From Paraphysomonas bandaiensis (lineage: Eukaryota > Protista > Chrysophyceae), in contig CBFFRP010000421.1 of the NCBI GenBank assembly GCA_965644295.1, positions 33,003 to 97,002 on the forward strand: a stretch of 64,000 bases of DNA, read 5' to 3'. The notes beneath the pieces are model-generated. The model was not told where the DNA came from. It was given only the letters and a program-made list of their open reading frames with translations, and searched no databases. The position numbers and the translations under genes were made by a program. Of this stretch, positions 38,301 to 50,713 are shown piece after piece. Positions within the stretch are counted from its first letter, which is position 1. Each line of letters opens with the position of its first letter.

Positions 38301-40880
38301 GCTTAACTTCAGCAGGCAGCCCAATACCCCGGTTACCCTTCTGGTGGGCCCTGTCCCGGATGCCCTTGAGGTGGGCCCATTCCCGGATGCCTGTTTATTC
38401 GTCAGGGCACAAAGACGTCTACACAAGTGACACTTATTAGTGTCCCTTGTACCACACAAGCATTTGGCTATGAGTGGGCAGAACAATATCTGCTGACTAT
38501 GTTTGCGGCTCACGTTAGTTTCCCAGAGAGAATCTCTCCGGTACTTATCCCCCAGAACACCACGAAAAGGTGCGAGTCCGACTTTGTTGAGGGTATAGTC
38601 TAGTATAGTCTGTCTAGTATAGTCTAGTATAGTCTGTCTAGTATAGTCTAGTATAGTCTGTCTAGTATAGTCTAGTATAGTCTGTCTAGTATAGTCTGTC
38701 TAGTATAGTCTAGTATAGTCTGTCTAGTATAGTCTAGTATAGTCTGTCTAGTATAGTCTGTCTACTATAGTCTAGTATAGTCTACTATAGTCTAGTATAG
38801 TCTACTATAGTCTAGTATAGTCTGTCTACTATAGTCTAGTATAGTCTGTCTACTATAGTCTAGTATAGTCTACTATAGTCTAGTATAGTCACTCTACTAT
38901 AGTCTAGTATAGTCTACTATAGTCTAGTATAGTCTACTATAGTCTACTATAGTCTGTCTAGTATAGTCTACTATAGTCTAGTATAGTCTATTATAGTCTA
39001 GTATAGTCTACTATAGTCTAGTATAGTCACTCTACTATAGTCTAGTATAGTCACTCTACTATAGTCTAGTATAGTCTACTATAGTCTAGTATAGTCTCTC
39101 TACTATAGTCTATTATAGTCTACTATAGTCTAGTATAGTCTGTCTACTATGGTCTAGTATAATTGAAAATCTGATTATTAAGAAGCGCAAGCTTGTGCGT
39201 TGCCGCGACCAACCTAACAACTCGCGCGACACTATGCATAACATGACTCTCATCTAGTTACTATTGCATGCACCGACAAGTGCTCAACTATACAACACGA
39301 TTTAGTTAGCTACATGGGCATACGACGAGTTGCGTGTTTAAGCCGGATCATACGCTCCTGCCCAATCTACTTGTCCTAACACAAACAACTTGCGGTCGGT
39401 GTCTTCGGCATATGTCTCCTGTATATGCGGCAGATCTTTAGGGCCCTCTTCAAGGTGGTGTTCACAGCAGCAGGTAGTCTGGAAGGGAGAATAAAGTAGC
39501 TCTATAGCGCCGGGTCCTCCCACGGTCACGAAGCGGTCTCACTGGTGCAATTTTGCACACTGACGCATGAAACAGACATCTACCAAAATCTGTTACAAAT
39601 TCAAGCTGACTCCAATGTCTTCCCTCCATTGTGTGCACTCGTCCAGCACATGCATCCACCTTGCACTCTTCTCCCGAGTGACTTACACTAGTAGGAAACC
39701 GTGCACCTTCCCCGCTCGGATGAAAACCTACTAAGCAAGAATAACATAAAAGCACCACAAATGTACCTGACACTGCTTGGAGAACAGTGCCAGAGCCTTG
39801 ATATAATCTCAATGACCTGGGTCAGGAGAAACCAAGACTAGGCAGTAGACGTGTGAGAAGACATGACAGGTCTAATCACATCATTGCCATTGCCATGCAT
39901 CCATGAGGAAAGTTTGACGCATTACCTCGGTCATTGGCCACACAGATACCGAATAATGTGAACTCATACTCAGCATCAATCACTCAAAGCAAACGCAGGG
40001 AGCAAGCAGAATGTTGATATACCTGACATCTGCTGACTTCAGGTGTTTTGAGTTCTTAAGGTAAACATCCCGGATGCTTAACTTCAGCAGGCAGCCCAAT
40101 ACCCCGGTTACCCTTCTGGTGGGCCCTGTCCCGGATGCCCTTGAGGTGGGCCCATTCCCGGATGCCTGTTTATTCGTCAGGGCACAAAGACGTCTACACA
40201 AGTGACACTTATTAGTGTCCCTTGTACCACACAAGCATTTGGCTATGAGTGGGCAGAACAATATCTGCTGACTATGTTTGCGGCTCACGTTAGTTTCCCA
40301 GAGAGAATCTCTCCGGTACTTATCCCCCAGAACACCACGAAAAGGTGCGAGTCCGACTTTGTTGAGGGTATAGTCTAGTATAGTCTGTCTAGTATAGTCT
40401 AGTATAGTCTGTCTAGTATAGTCTAGTATAGTCTGTCTAGTATAGTCTAGTATAGTCTGTCTAGTATAGTCTGTCTAGTATAGTCTGTCTAGTATAGTCT
40501 AGTATAGTCTAGTATAGTCTGTCTAGTATAGTCTAGTATAGTCTACTATAGTCTAGTATAGTCTACTATAGTCTAGTATAGTCTGTCTACTATAGTCTAG
40601 TATAGTCTGTCTACTATAGTCTAGTATAGTCTACTATAGTCTAGTATAGTCTACTATAGTCTAGTATAGTCTACTATAGTCTAGTATAGTCTACTATAGT
40701 CTACTATAGTCTAGTATAGTCTGTCTACTATAGTCTAGTATAGTCTACTATAGTCTAGTATAGTCACTCTACTATAGTCTAGTATAGTCTACTATAGTCT
40801 AGTATAGTCTCTCTACTATAGTCTAGTATAGTCACTCTACTATAGTCTATTATAGTCTAGTATAGTCTACTATAGTCTAG
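35357..40880. repeat. Composite tandem array: 4 satellite blocks alternating with 3 near-identical 1207-bp cassettes
   Basis: Satellite built from TAGTA/TAGTC/TGTC/TACTA at ~35357-35993, 37201-37386, 38594-39161 and 40369-40880. Cassettes at 35994-37200, 37387-38593 and 39162-40368, with the same ORFs recurring at offsets 1393 and 1775. Confidence 0.97.
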
Positions 40881-41098
40881 CATACACATGCATGCGTTTG
40901 CTGCAAATTAACGACAAATCTTGTTATATGCTAAATTTCACCTAATCTTATAGTTCAGTACAGTACCATCTAGTTCTCATTATTGCTTGCGCATGTAACA
41001 GAAAAGCAATAACTGTACCCCAATGAATGAACTGATTATTACTCAACAGCCCAATAGTACTCCAGCTACACACTCTACTACTCTAGTCTCTAGTACCA

Positions 41099-41430
41099 CT
41101 ACTTATTACCTGACACTAGCCGGGAGTCTCTGGAGCTTATAGCCATTTCTGATGCATTTCTCTTTTTACCACGACTGAGAGCATTGCTCAGTAAGTCGAG
41201 CATATCCACTACCTCACCTGCATGGTCTTCTTTTTCCATTTCAAACACGGTTTCATGCTGTAAATCAGCACATGAATCAACGACGTACTCGGACTGAACT
41301 TTCACTGCGCATTTCAAATGCTTTACTCCTCTCCAATACTAATAGGCATTCTGCTTGCTTGCGTCATCTTCAATAACCTCGAGACATACACTCTCCGCTT
41401 TTCTACGGACACGGGAACCCACTTGTCACG
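41099..41430 (-). pseudogene. Degraded coding-like fragment of unknown origin
   Basis: ORF 41099..41317 extends upstream past an in-frame stop (…EVIEDDASKQNAY*YWRGVKHLK…). No recognisable domain. Confidence 0.25.
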
Positions 41431-41555
41431 CTCATTTTGTCGATAATGAGGCATAAACCTTTACAATAGCTCTCCCGCATAGTAATGAAGCTTGCTATAC
41501 GAACTCACAGTTAATAATGGCACGATTCACAGTGTATTCGCTCTCTCAAATTCCT

Positions 41556-41830
41556 TCTGTGGGATTAAGTCGATCCAGCAGAATATGTCGATCCAGCAAA
41601 CAAATCGACCTTTTTTCGTTATTTCTCTGAAATATATTCGTCAAAAAACAACATGCATCAAAAAAACCTGGATTTTTTTGCTGGATCGACATATTCTGCT
41701 GGATCTTATTCCCACAGACAGAATTCCAAGAAATCACAATCTAAGTGCGTGGCATTCGCTACTTCAAAATTGAAGTTCTGTCTGTGGGAATAAGTCGATC
41801 CACCGGAATAAGTCGATCCAGCAAAAAAAT
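41556..41830. repeat. Cluster of three transposon-end repeats in alternating orientation (AAGTCGATCCA(G/C) direct repeats)
   Basis: TCTGTGGGA(T/A)TAAGTCGATCCA... at 41556 (+), ending at 41718 (-), and at 41781 (+), directly upstream of the transposase ORF. Confidence 0.8.
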
Positions 41831-41988
41831 CAAAAACGACAATTTGATGAAAAACATACCAATTCGAATGGAATTTACAGTCAATAACTGTCATATATTT
41901 CACATTTATGTCATAACCATTATAGTATCGATGTGGAAAATCTGAGCATATCACAAGTGTATGCCTCCTGTCATGTAATCAAAATCTG

Positions 41989-43395
41989 GTGCATATTCTT
42001 CTTAAAATAATACACTTCTGCAGGCAAAATACTCCCGAGGTACCCTCCATCAGGTCAAGTGATAGCAGCGGCGATGAACCGCCAATAATAGCGTCACATG
42101 ATAATATACCTGTCATATTTGTTCCCACTGTAACATCCTTAAGGTTTTATTCCAAAATATCTTATCGGGACTTGAAGGATCACTTGTTTACAAAAGAAGA
42201 AAAAACATGGTTGGTGGAAGAATATTTAAAAACTTCTGACAACCTATTACCGCCTTCGCACCCACACTATGAAAACAATTGTAAAGTTTATCACTCACAA
42301 CGCGAACTGGCCGATCGATATAAAATATCGCGGTCCAAATTTCAACGTTGGGTGAGATCAAAAACTTCGGACATACCAATCAAAAATGATTGGGAAAACG
42401 TGGGAAGGAATCCTGATATGACTGCAAAGGATGTGGCACGTTTCACCAAAATTATTGTAGAAAGCGAGATAAGCTTGCATCCAATTAACCAGTCTGCCAA
42501 GACAAAGCTGCTGGTGGATCTTAGGGTGGAATCAGGATGTAGGCGGAAGAGACAGTTGGAGACTCATCAGCTCTGTTTGGATCCTGACTCGAAAACCCAA
42601 AAAAAATATATGGAGCTTGCTGGTGCTACAAACCTCACAGGACAGCACCTTACTGAAGCAAGGAGGAAAGCTTGCCAAGATCCACGTATGAGCTATTCGT
42701 GGTATCTGATGTGTGAAGCATTTTCTGCCACCCTTGCTCCTGAAAGGAAGTGGAATTTCGATGGGTCTACTTTTCAGATAATGGATATGGGTAAAGGAGG
42801 TGTCTATCTACACTACCGAGGTACTAATGGTAGTCAGGCTAGCCCAATTCCGAAAGCAATGAAGGGTAAAGTAAGCACTTGTCCCGAGTTTCAGGACGTC
42901 TATTTAAAGTGGATGGCAATGAGCAACGCTGCTGGGGAGTCTAGTCCAATGGTAATTGTAGCTGCCATAAAAGATATGCCAGATGGGGCATTTGAAGCTC
43001 TCCCGATTGTGGGGCTTTCCAACACATCTGCTTTGGGTGAGGTTGGCTATTTCGTGTGTTGCTCTACACGCTCTGGAAATGAAGCTTTATGGAAATGGTA
43101 TTATGAAACTATTGTCGTTGGAACCATTGTTAGAGCCAATATCGTGAATGACCATCTGAAAAATCCGGATGGTAGTCCAATGCGTAATTTTTTGTCCACT
43201 GACGACGGCGAGGCCACAATTCTGAAGCATGCGTTTGACCAACGAATTCAAGAGTTATTCAAAGGCGCTGGTATCGATTATGCAAAGGGGGGGGCCAGTA
43301 CGACGTCAATTCATCAACCTCTCGACCGATCAGTTGTCTTCCGCGATCATGATACTTACTGCAGTGTCTATCGCTATATGTGTCCGAAAAGTTAA
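41989..43395 (+). mobile_element. pogo/Tc2-like (DDE_1) DNA transposase, probably 3'-truncated
   Basis: HTH RELADRYKISRSKFQRWVR; KWNFDGSTF (first D); FLSTDDG (second D); STTSIHQPLD (third D). The ORF ends shortly after QPLD. Confidence 0.75.
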
Positions 43396-43786
43396 TGCTT
43401 GTGCTACACACCACTAACTTAAACTTACTGGAGGTTAACATCGGCAGGGTGTCCATAGCTCCGAAAAAAACTTCTTCCATTATTTTTATATAATATCTTT
43501 ACTCCAAACTTCTGTTATGGTTTTGAAACTAAGGGTGAATATTTAGTCTCTGTTACAATAACAGAATAGTCATGAATTTATTCCTAAATACACGAATCTT
43601 ACACTCCATAAATATACATATATGTTTATAATTTATTTTTGTTTCCTTGAAGAAAATCTGTGTTACTTCTGTTAACTTATAACTTATATATGCCCCCCAT
43701 TACATTGGTGCTGAACATGAAATGTATACGGAGGTTTCATATTTCATACACGCCATCCGCGCCCAAGGACATCAACAATAGTTATC

Positions 43787-46700
43787 CTAGTTACTTCCTA
43801 GCAAGCACCAATCATATTTGTACCAGAACTCTCCAGTTTCTTCCTCCGTTAGGCCAGTCAAAAATTTACTGATATCAAACGTGCAGTCATTCTTCTCAAG
43901 TACCATAGACACATCGCCACTAGATAATTCACAAGAACTGCCAGAAGCAAGAAGGGTTCGAATTATCTGACCTGCAAAAGAATAGAGTAAACATATAGAT
44001 TCTACCATTATATACAAGTTTCACTGTCCGGTAGTAGGTGTGCATTGTGAATACCAATCACATATCTACAAGTTTTAGGGAAAAATTTAATTTTGGCCCT
44101 TTTTGGCCCTCGGCCCGCTAGGGCCCTCGGCCCGCATTTGGCCCTCTACTACAACTAACAATAATAACAATAATTCTTAATTAAAAACACACACAACACA
44201 CACTACAACCACAAGCAACAATAACGCACAAAGCAAAGGGCAGTATTACGCACAAAGCAAAGGGTCAAATTTAGCAAGAGTTATTAATATCTTAAGCAAG
44301 AGCAACTTTATACCAAAACATTTTTCGGAGCTGGGGGCTCCCCACGCTTCGACTCTACGAGCCGGCGTCCACTGCCCCCAGGCCCCCGCCCCTAAACAAC
44401 GCCGGGGCCGGCCCCACCGGCCCTATTCCGGCGTTTGGCGCCGGTCTGAGCCCTGCCGGCGGCAACACAGCATGTCTCAATCTCCTCGGTGAAAGCACAG
44501 TCTTCGGCTGTCACTGTAGACTCCTTGCCACATCCAGTGTATTTCACTATCTCCTCAATTGAAATACAATCATCAGTGGGTACATCGACAACATATCCAT
44601 TCTGCAGTCGGCACTGCTCGCGATAGCCAACGATGGACCCCTCGTAAAATCCAACTCTCACCACCTCGTACATGCACCCATCCTCAGGATCATAGTGGCT
44701 CTTCCCAATCAAAAACTTGTATTGGTTGAGCTGCGCAAACTTAGTCCTTTGGACTGACCTGTCCATTTCAAATGCAGCGTAGTCCTCTGGCAATGTGAAT
44801 TGCTGGAATGGCAGATGTTTCGGCCGGGATGCATGACCCCTGAGAATTTTGTTTCGAAGTTCGACGTATTCTTGACTTAGCTTCCGAATAGTACTCACAT
44901 ATAACACCACGGAAGGATGCGCAGTGGGAAAAGCCTCGTTCAGCTTTCTGTTAAACCTTTCCAGTGGATTGTTGGTTCTATTAATCAAGCGGGATGTTGA
45001 TGACTCGTCTGTTACAATGCCATGCACATTCCAATCATTAGGATCGGATCCAGTTACAGGCTTGCCCTCAAAGTTCCGTTTGATAGCATTCATCAGACCC
45101 TTCTCGAAATCCACTGAGCCATTGATGATCTCCATCATGAAATCTGTTGAGGCCTTACTCAAATAAAGAGCCATGGAATACACTTCTTCAAACTTCGATT
45201 GCAGCAATATATAAAATACAGGAATGTATAGGGACGAGGCGTAGTCATATATCATAATTACTAGACACTGAGAAAATCCCTTTGGCACACATTTAAAAGT
45301 ACAGTCTATAAACAGATGGACCGGACCACCCTTTACAATATTGATTAAATCAGGATGTGCAAAGCCAATTATCTTCTGCATCTGATTGCTAACATTGATT
45401 GAAGTATTGAACTGTAAAAATAGTCTCTCGTCGTCATCAGCACAGTTCACAAGCGGATACGACGATATAATTCCTTCCCAATCATTGAACTCTAAACGTC
45501 TACACTGATACACCAAAGCTTTGAGTTTCGACGTTTCGAGATATCTATATGGCATTCCTACCGAAATAAGCAAAAGAAAATGAAGTGAAAACAGCAAAAA
45601 GAAAAAAAATATCAATTTTCTCACCGAGCTGCTTATATTTCGCTCGCGTTGTTTCCGCAACTTCATTTGCAATCGCAATGGAGGACTTCGAAACATCTTT
45701 CAACGCCATTGCTTCACAAAGTTGTTTCATTTCACCACTTGCGTCATATACACCTTTACAAAACGACGACCTCTCCTTGGAATTATCATCAGATGTTGGT
45801 GAATCTGAAGGCAATATAAAGATGGCGGCACCACATTTGTGCTCCTCTTTCCCCTTTGAAATTATCAGTTTTTCATCAGATTCTTCTGCTTGCTCGTGAA
45901 CAAGAATTGTCAATTTAGCTGGACAGCCACATGTTCTTCCTTTCCGGTGTTTTGAGCACCGATAATAACCCTTCAAATTTCCTAAATATATGGATCAGTG
46001 GCTTACTGATAGAGAATATATTATACCGAACCATCTTGAAGCCTCTTCCTCTGCTTGATAGTGTATCTGAAACCTTCCCACTGAAAAGTTGTAGGGAGAT
46101 CATCGCTATTACAACTATCTTTTCTCCCTGATTCTTCTGAATTAGAATCATGCATTATTAATCGCCTGCTTGATGACAAAATTATTAATGAATTTGTATT
46201 AAGTTTTCAAAAAGTCGAAATTAAAAACTAATCACATTAGTTTTTTCAAAACTCGAAATCTTTAAAAGACAATAACTGAAATAATATAACAAATCAAAAT
46301 CTTCAGGAGGCAAAAACTGAAAAAAATTAATTTTAGAGGGCCCGCGGGGGGCCGCGGGCCCGCGAGGGCCGAGGGCCCTGGCGGGCCGCAAAAAAACCTT
46401 ATCAGTTTTAGACGTACCACTCTCACAGTTCGATACGTTATCAATATACCACGTGAGTGCACCAGTGTCTTCATCCTCTTCAAAAAAACAAGTGCCAGCC
46501 CTTTCAATGCCATGCACAACATATGTTTGATCCAAACATGATGCTGCTGACGCACTTTCACCATAGATATGAGCATCATAATCTATCTTAGGGTACTTCT
46601 TGGCTTCGGCCACTTTGGCAAACCACACATCACCCATGCGAACACAATCACCTGGTCACCATGTCAATTAAGATTAAATTTCTTTTGTACAATAATTGTG

Positions 46701-47160
46701 CGTGCTTACCCAATACATAATCGTCTGTAAAACCAAATGTTGACTCAGGAGTAAGAGCATGTGTTGCACGAGTGTCTCCTTCACAATTGTGACCAAGGAA
46801 AAAACGCAAGCCAAAGAAATCATCAGTGGGTTCGAACACATAAGATATCGGCGTGCCATTCCCTTCGCCGTTATCCTCAACAATATTAACACATTCATTC
46901 ATTCGAAGAATCCACGTATCGTATGGGACTGAGCAATCAGGAGAAAACGAAGCCACATATTCGAAAAACTTCGTACGACCTTTCTTCCCTCTTTTCCTGA
47001 GCATGCCTTCAGTATGAGGTAGTTGATCAATACTCTCCCTGGTCACATGAGAAGATGAAATGGAAGCTCGTATGTTTTTTTTTAAATGGGCTCCACCATT
47101 CCGTATTTGTGCATCAACAGATATCACAAACAACCACGTGACAACTGACAATCTCAACAT
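43787..47160 (-). pseudogene. Secreted Cys-containing protein gene interrupted by a MULE insertion
   Basis: Signal peptide MLRLSVVTWLFVISVDA and an intron near 46655-46707. Removing 44079-46403 plus one TSD restores the frame ...NCESGTSKT-CRYVIGIHNAHLLPDSET|CQIIRTLL...WCLLGSN*. Confidence 0.75.
44079..46403 (-). mobile_element. Mutator-like element (MULE) with internally deleted transposase
   Basis: 8-bp TSD AGTTTTAG at 44071-44078 and 46404-46411; G...C termini; GC-rich inverted subterminal repeats (GGCCCTCGGCCCGC). Zinc finger YYRCSKH...CPAKL...EHKC; MULE motifs FIDCTFK, VDFEKGL, RTNNPLERFNRKLN. Confidence 0.9.
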
Positions 47161-47638
47161 TAGTTTAATATACTCTCAATTATTTCAATCCGTATCTTTG
47201 AGACAGTCTCACACTATACACACACTGTGACCTGGACATCAATAACCAGCATATCATATCGGTATCCTTTGTATATTTTTGTTCAAAGATGCCTCTAATA
47301 TTGAGATAACAATTATCTGTATTTCCGCTGTAGTTGTATTGCAGTAATAAAGAGTATTTTTGCTTCAATTTATTTCCGAAAACTATGATGCTGACTGCTG
47401 ATGGCTTCTGTTGTATTATATACGGAATACGGCCTTCCGGATACGCTGTATTATAGCCTATGGTTTATAAAAGGAGCTGTGGTGGATATGATGAATCCAC
47501 GAGAAGTATGAAAGATACCATTTGCAGTTATGATACAACCGTTGCAAAGTATATGGCTCAGCGATATACTCTCCGTACAAATGAACAACCAACTACGTAT
47601 ATCTTTAACGCTTATAGGCAATACTACTATCGTACAGT

Positions 47639-48727
47639 ATGTCTTCGTCATCGTCAACAGGTGTGGAAAATGGACAACTAGTTGTCACGATTCCACCGGG
47701 ACTGAAGCCAGGAGATCACTTTGCATTTGTTTCCCCTGAAGGCAATCATTTGAAGGTGCAGGTTCCCGATAACGCTGTAGCCGGATTAGCAGGACAAATG
47801 ATGATTGTCAATGCTCCCCACACAGAGACCCAATTCACTCCATCACCTTCTCCATCTGAAAGGACTACCAGTACAAGTGTAGGAGATGTAGAGATGGGGT
47901 TGAAGAGATTGAGCGGTAAATCTGCGAGCACTCGAGAAAGAAGTTACACTCAAATAAGCTCTGACCAAAAAGAATTTCTCAAAAATTTGGACGAATCCAA
48001 ATGTTTTTTGGAAAAAAAATATAATCGCATCACTGTTCTTGATCTTATACTGGGTGCTGCTAAGATTATTGTTTCTGAGGTAATATCAACAGGTGTCGAT
48101 GATCTACTCGCAAACACATCACTCGTGTTGTCGATATACTCATTCCTGCTTTCCGCCTACGGTTTTTTGGCATTTATAAGAATCAAAGGCACACCTGACG
48201 CTTTGGCAAAAAAGAAAACAAAAAAGAATTTTATTGAAAAATGTTGCTGTTGTTCCGATGAGAAAACAAGGTTCCAAATGCGCAGGAGGTATCTAGTGAG
48301 ATCAACGCTCTCTGCAACAGTTATATCTCATACAATTCAAGTCGCATTTTCTATATTTCTCCTTGTGCTCTGTGCACGTGAGCCCAAATTGCGTCTTCTA
48401 GCACTTTTATACACTGTGGAGCTATTCATCGACTATCCTGCCCTGCACTATAAAACTACATTGTGTTCGTATTGCACTCGTGATATACCGGTAATTGTTT
48501 CCCACCCTTGTTGTGGCCACTACGGGCCCTGTTGCTCATCATGCGTCTACACGGTTAGTTGCATACCTAATGGACTTGGAGGTGAATGTGTAAGCGATTC
48601 GATAAATCTTTTTTTCGAATGGGTTTTCAGTGTTTATAACGCTATCTTTTTGCTTCCTCTATCTCTGTTGTATCGATTTTCTTTTTCCAGTAGTTCTCTG
48701 GAGGAGAAGCTTATATTCTACACTTAA
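47639..48727 (+). CDS. Multi-pass membrane protein of unknown function with N-terminal VxxPxGxxPG-type segments
   Basis: 362-aa ORF; VTIPPGLKPGDHF...KVQVP; about 4-5 hydrophobic helices; Cys clusters. Confidence 0.65.
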   Translation: MSSSSSTGVENGQLVVTIPPGLKPGDHFAFVSPEGNHLKVQVPDNAVAGLAGQMMIVNAPHTETQFTPSPSPSERTTSTSVGDVEMGLKRLSGKSASTRERSYTQISSDQKEFLKNLDESKCFLEKKYNRITVLDLILGAAKIIVSEVISTGVDDLLANTSLVLSIYSFLLSAYGFLAFIRIKGTPDALAKKKTKKNFIEKCCCCSDEKTRFQMRRRYLVRSTLSATVISHTIQVAFSIFLLVLCAREPKLRLLALLYTVELFIDYPALHYKTTLCSYCTRDIPVIVSHPCCGHYGPCCSSCVYTVSCIPNGLGGECVSDSINLFFEWVFSVYNAIFLLPLSLLYRFSFSSSSLEEKLIFYT

Positions 48728-49300
48728 AGTAAGGGAGACTGAGCACTGAGCAATGCATACTTGGTACTTATGATGAAACATAAAGTTGTGCCTGAAAGTT
48801 TATATAAAGAAGGTGTAAATTTAAAGATATAAAAAGTAAACTAATTATAATCAGTTCAAACGTTATTATACTTTGAAACTTGTCAGCAGCTCTAGTAGTA
48901 TATTATTTCGACTCTAGGTAGAAAAGTATAGCGGGAAAACATGTTTAAATATTATATTTTACATGAATGCAAAAAAGGCTACAAACATAACTTTAGAGAG
49001 TTATTATGTGCGTGATATGTGATATGTAACAAGAAAAATACAATTGCATGAGGACAAAGAAAATTATTTGTTTATATCTTATAGGGTGAAAAACAAGCAA
49101 ATTTCTGCATACCATTATCTGCCATTATATACTACACTTTGACCGCCATTAGCAACATAAGTGTTCAGCGCAACCGCTACATTGGTGTAAGTCCATGTAG
49201 ATCGCACACTAATTCAACAACGATACGCGCTGAAGCAATGTAATACGAAGGAATGACGTTGTCACGCCCTGACTTACATATGAATGAGCAGAAACACTAG

Positions 49301-50713
49301 CTACCATTCAGCATGCCACAATCTATCCAGTACATCAAAAGAACGAGGATCCATATCTTTCAACTGCTGTCGGTTATGAGGAAACCACTTATTGAATTCC
49401 AGTGATGAATCGTCACACATATACGCCACAGAAAGTTCTGCAAAAAACTCCATGCAATTTGCACAAGCATAGCTTTTTACAGGCCCGTTATCACCTTGTG
49501 GGCCGTGAACTGGGACGCAGTCGTAAACACCGGTAGCCATCGCACGCTCAAAAGCCTAGTGGTACAGATTTAAACCTAAAACTAAATGCGTTTGTAAAAT
49601 ACCTCAATCACATCCACACAGCCATAACCTCCAGGACAATGTTTATCATGATAAGCGTGACAAAGCTCATGAAGAATGGCTCCTCCTTCTCCCCAGAAGC
49701 CTCTACTCGCCAAATAGTCTTCAGCGACATTTACTTCAACGCACCCAGCTTTCAAAACATTGAGGCCGTTGCATCGCAGCCACAGAGCCCCTTCAGCTGG
49801 ATGATAATGCATTCCTCTGCCTATCACAGGGTTTCCCTGTGTGCCGTACGTAATACTAGAGTTAACATATATCGGTGTGCTTTCTTGAATTTTCCACAGG
49901 GAATTAGCCGGTACCAAGCGGCAGACCTGTACGAACGGTCGTTGAAAGAAAGAATATTCATCAATTACTGACACTCACAGCTTTCAAGTCTTGTTCAAAG
50001 AATGGTATAAATTTTGGAGTCGTACAGCAAACGCTTCTCTCGAAGTATACTGTAAACCCACTGACAAAAATTTCCACATAGTCCTTCGGTGCTGTTAGTG
50101 GGATATCATCCGACGGATTTATACAAGCGCACTCGTGGGATACTGAAATCTCCCCTGGTAGTGCATAATCAGCCACTTCAATTCTAAAAGTATGATGGCA
50201 ACGCCCGGTTCTAGGCATACAAGAGCAGATAAAGTCCTGCCCAAATGTTATTTACATCTCAGTAATTTGGTATAGCACTACCTCTTCGGAAATCTCATTG
50301 AGATAAGTTGGGTATCCCTGTCTACCTCTAATGCAGACAAACATGTGATGCGTGTATGTATTCTCCGTGTGATAATTATGCACACTGCCATCGGGGATTG
50401 AATTGTCATTCACTCTCCGAAAATGATGAAGTTTTGCGTTTTCCCCAATCCATGATATGTAAAAGGGATATCCAAGCTCATTTACGACAGTAAGTTTGCA
50501 TGGAATGCCTTTATTACCATTATCGCTGCTATGCTGTCTATACAGTTCAAGAGTTTTATCTAATCTGAGATGTATCAGTAATCCTCTCATGTGACTGTAT
50601 GAGATACTCTGCCATATAAACTGTGAGTCTTTATAGGAGCGTCTGATGTATCCGCTTATTACAGATAACACAAACAGTGCAGCACCGGTACTGATGTTGG
50701 ATTCAAGAGACAT
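49301..50713 (-). CDS. N-terminally anchored VHL-beta-like domain + HExxH zinc metallopeptidase (MtfA/lethal-factor-like), multi-exon
   Basis: TM segment AALFVLSVISG; LTVVNELGYPFYISWIG...HTENTYTHHMFVC (VHL-beta pattern); ILHELCHAYH; YACANCMEFFAELSVAY; WFPHNRQQLKDMDP. Confidence 0.75.

Noticed and set aside
35357-40880. CRISPR array or telomere interpretation of the satellite-cassette array
   Set aside because: The 'spacers' are identical 1.2-kb copies and the 'repeats' vary in length. There are no cas genes, the context is eukaryotic and internal, and the repeat is not G-rich TTAGGG-like.
41528-41534. CACAGTG heptamer suggesting a Transib/RAG-like end
   Set aside because: No matching opposite end or 5-bp TSD, and the adjacent transposase is pogo-like.
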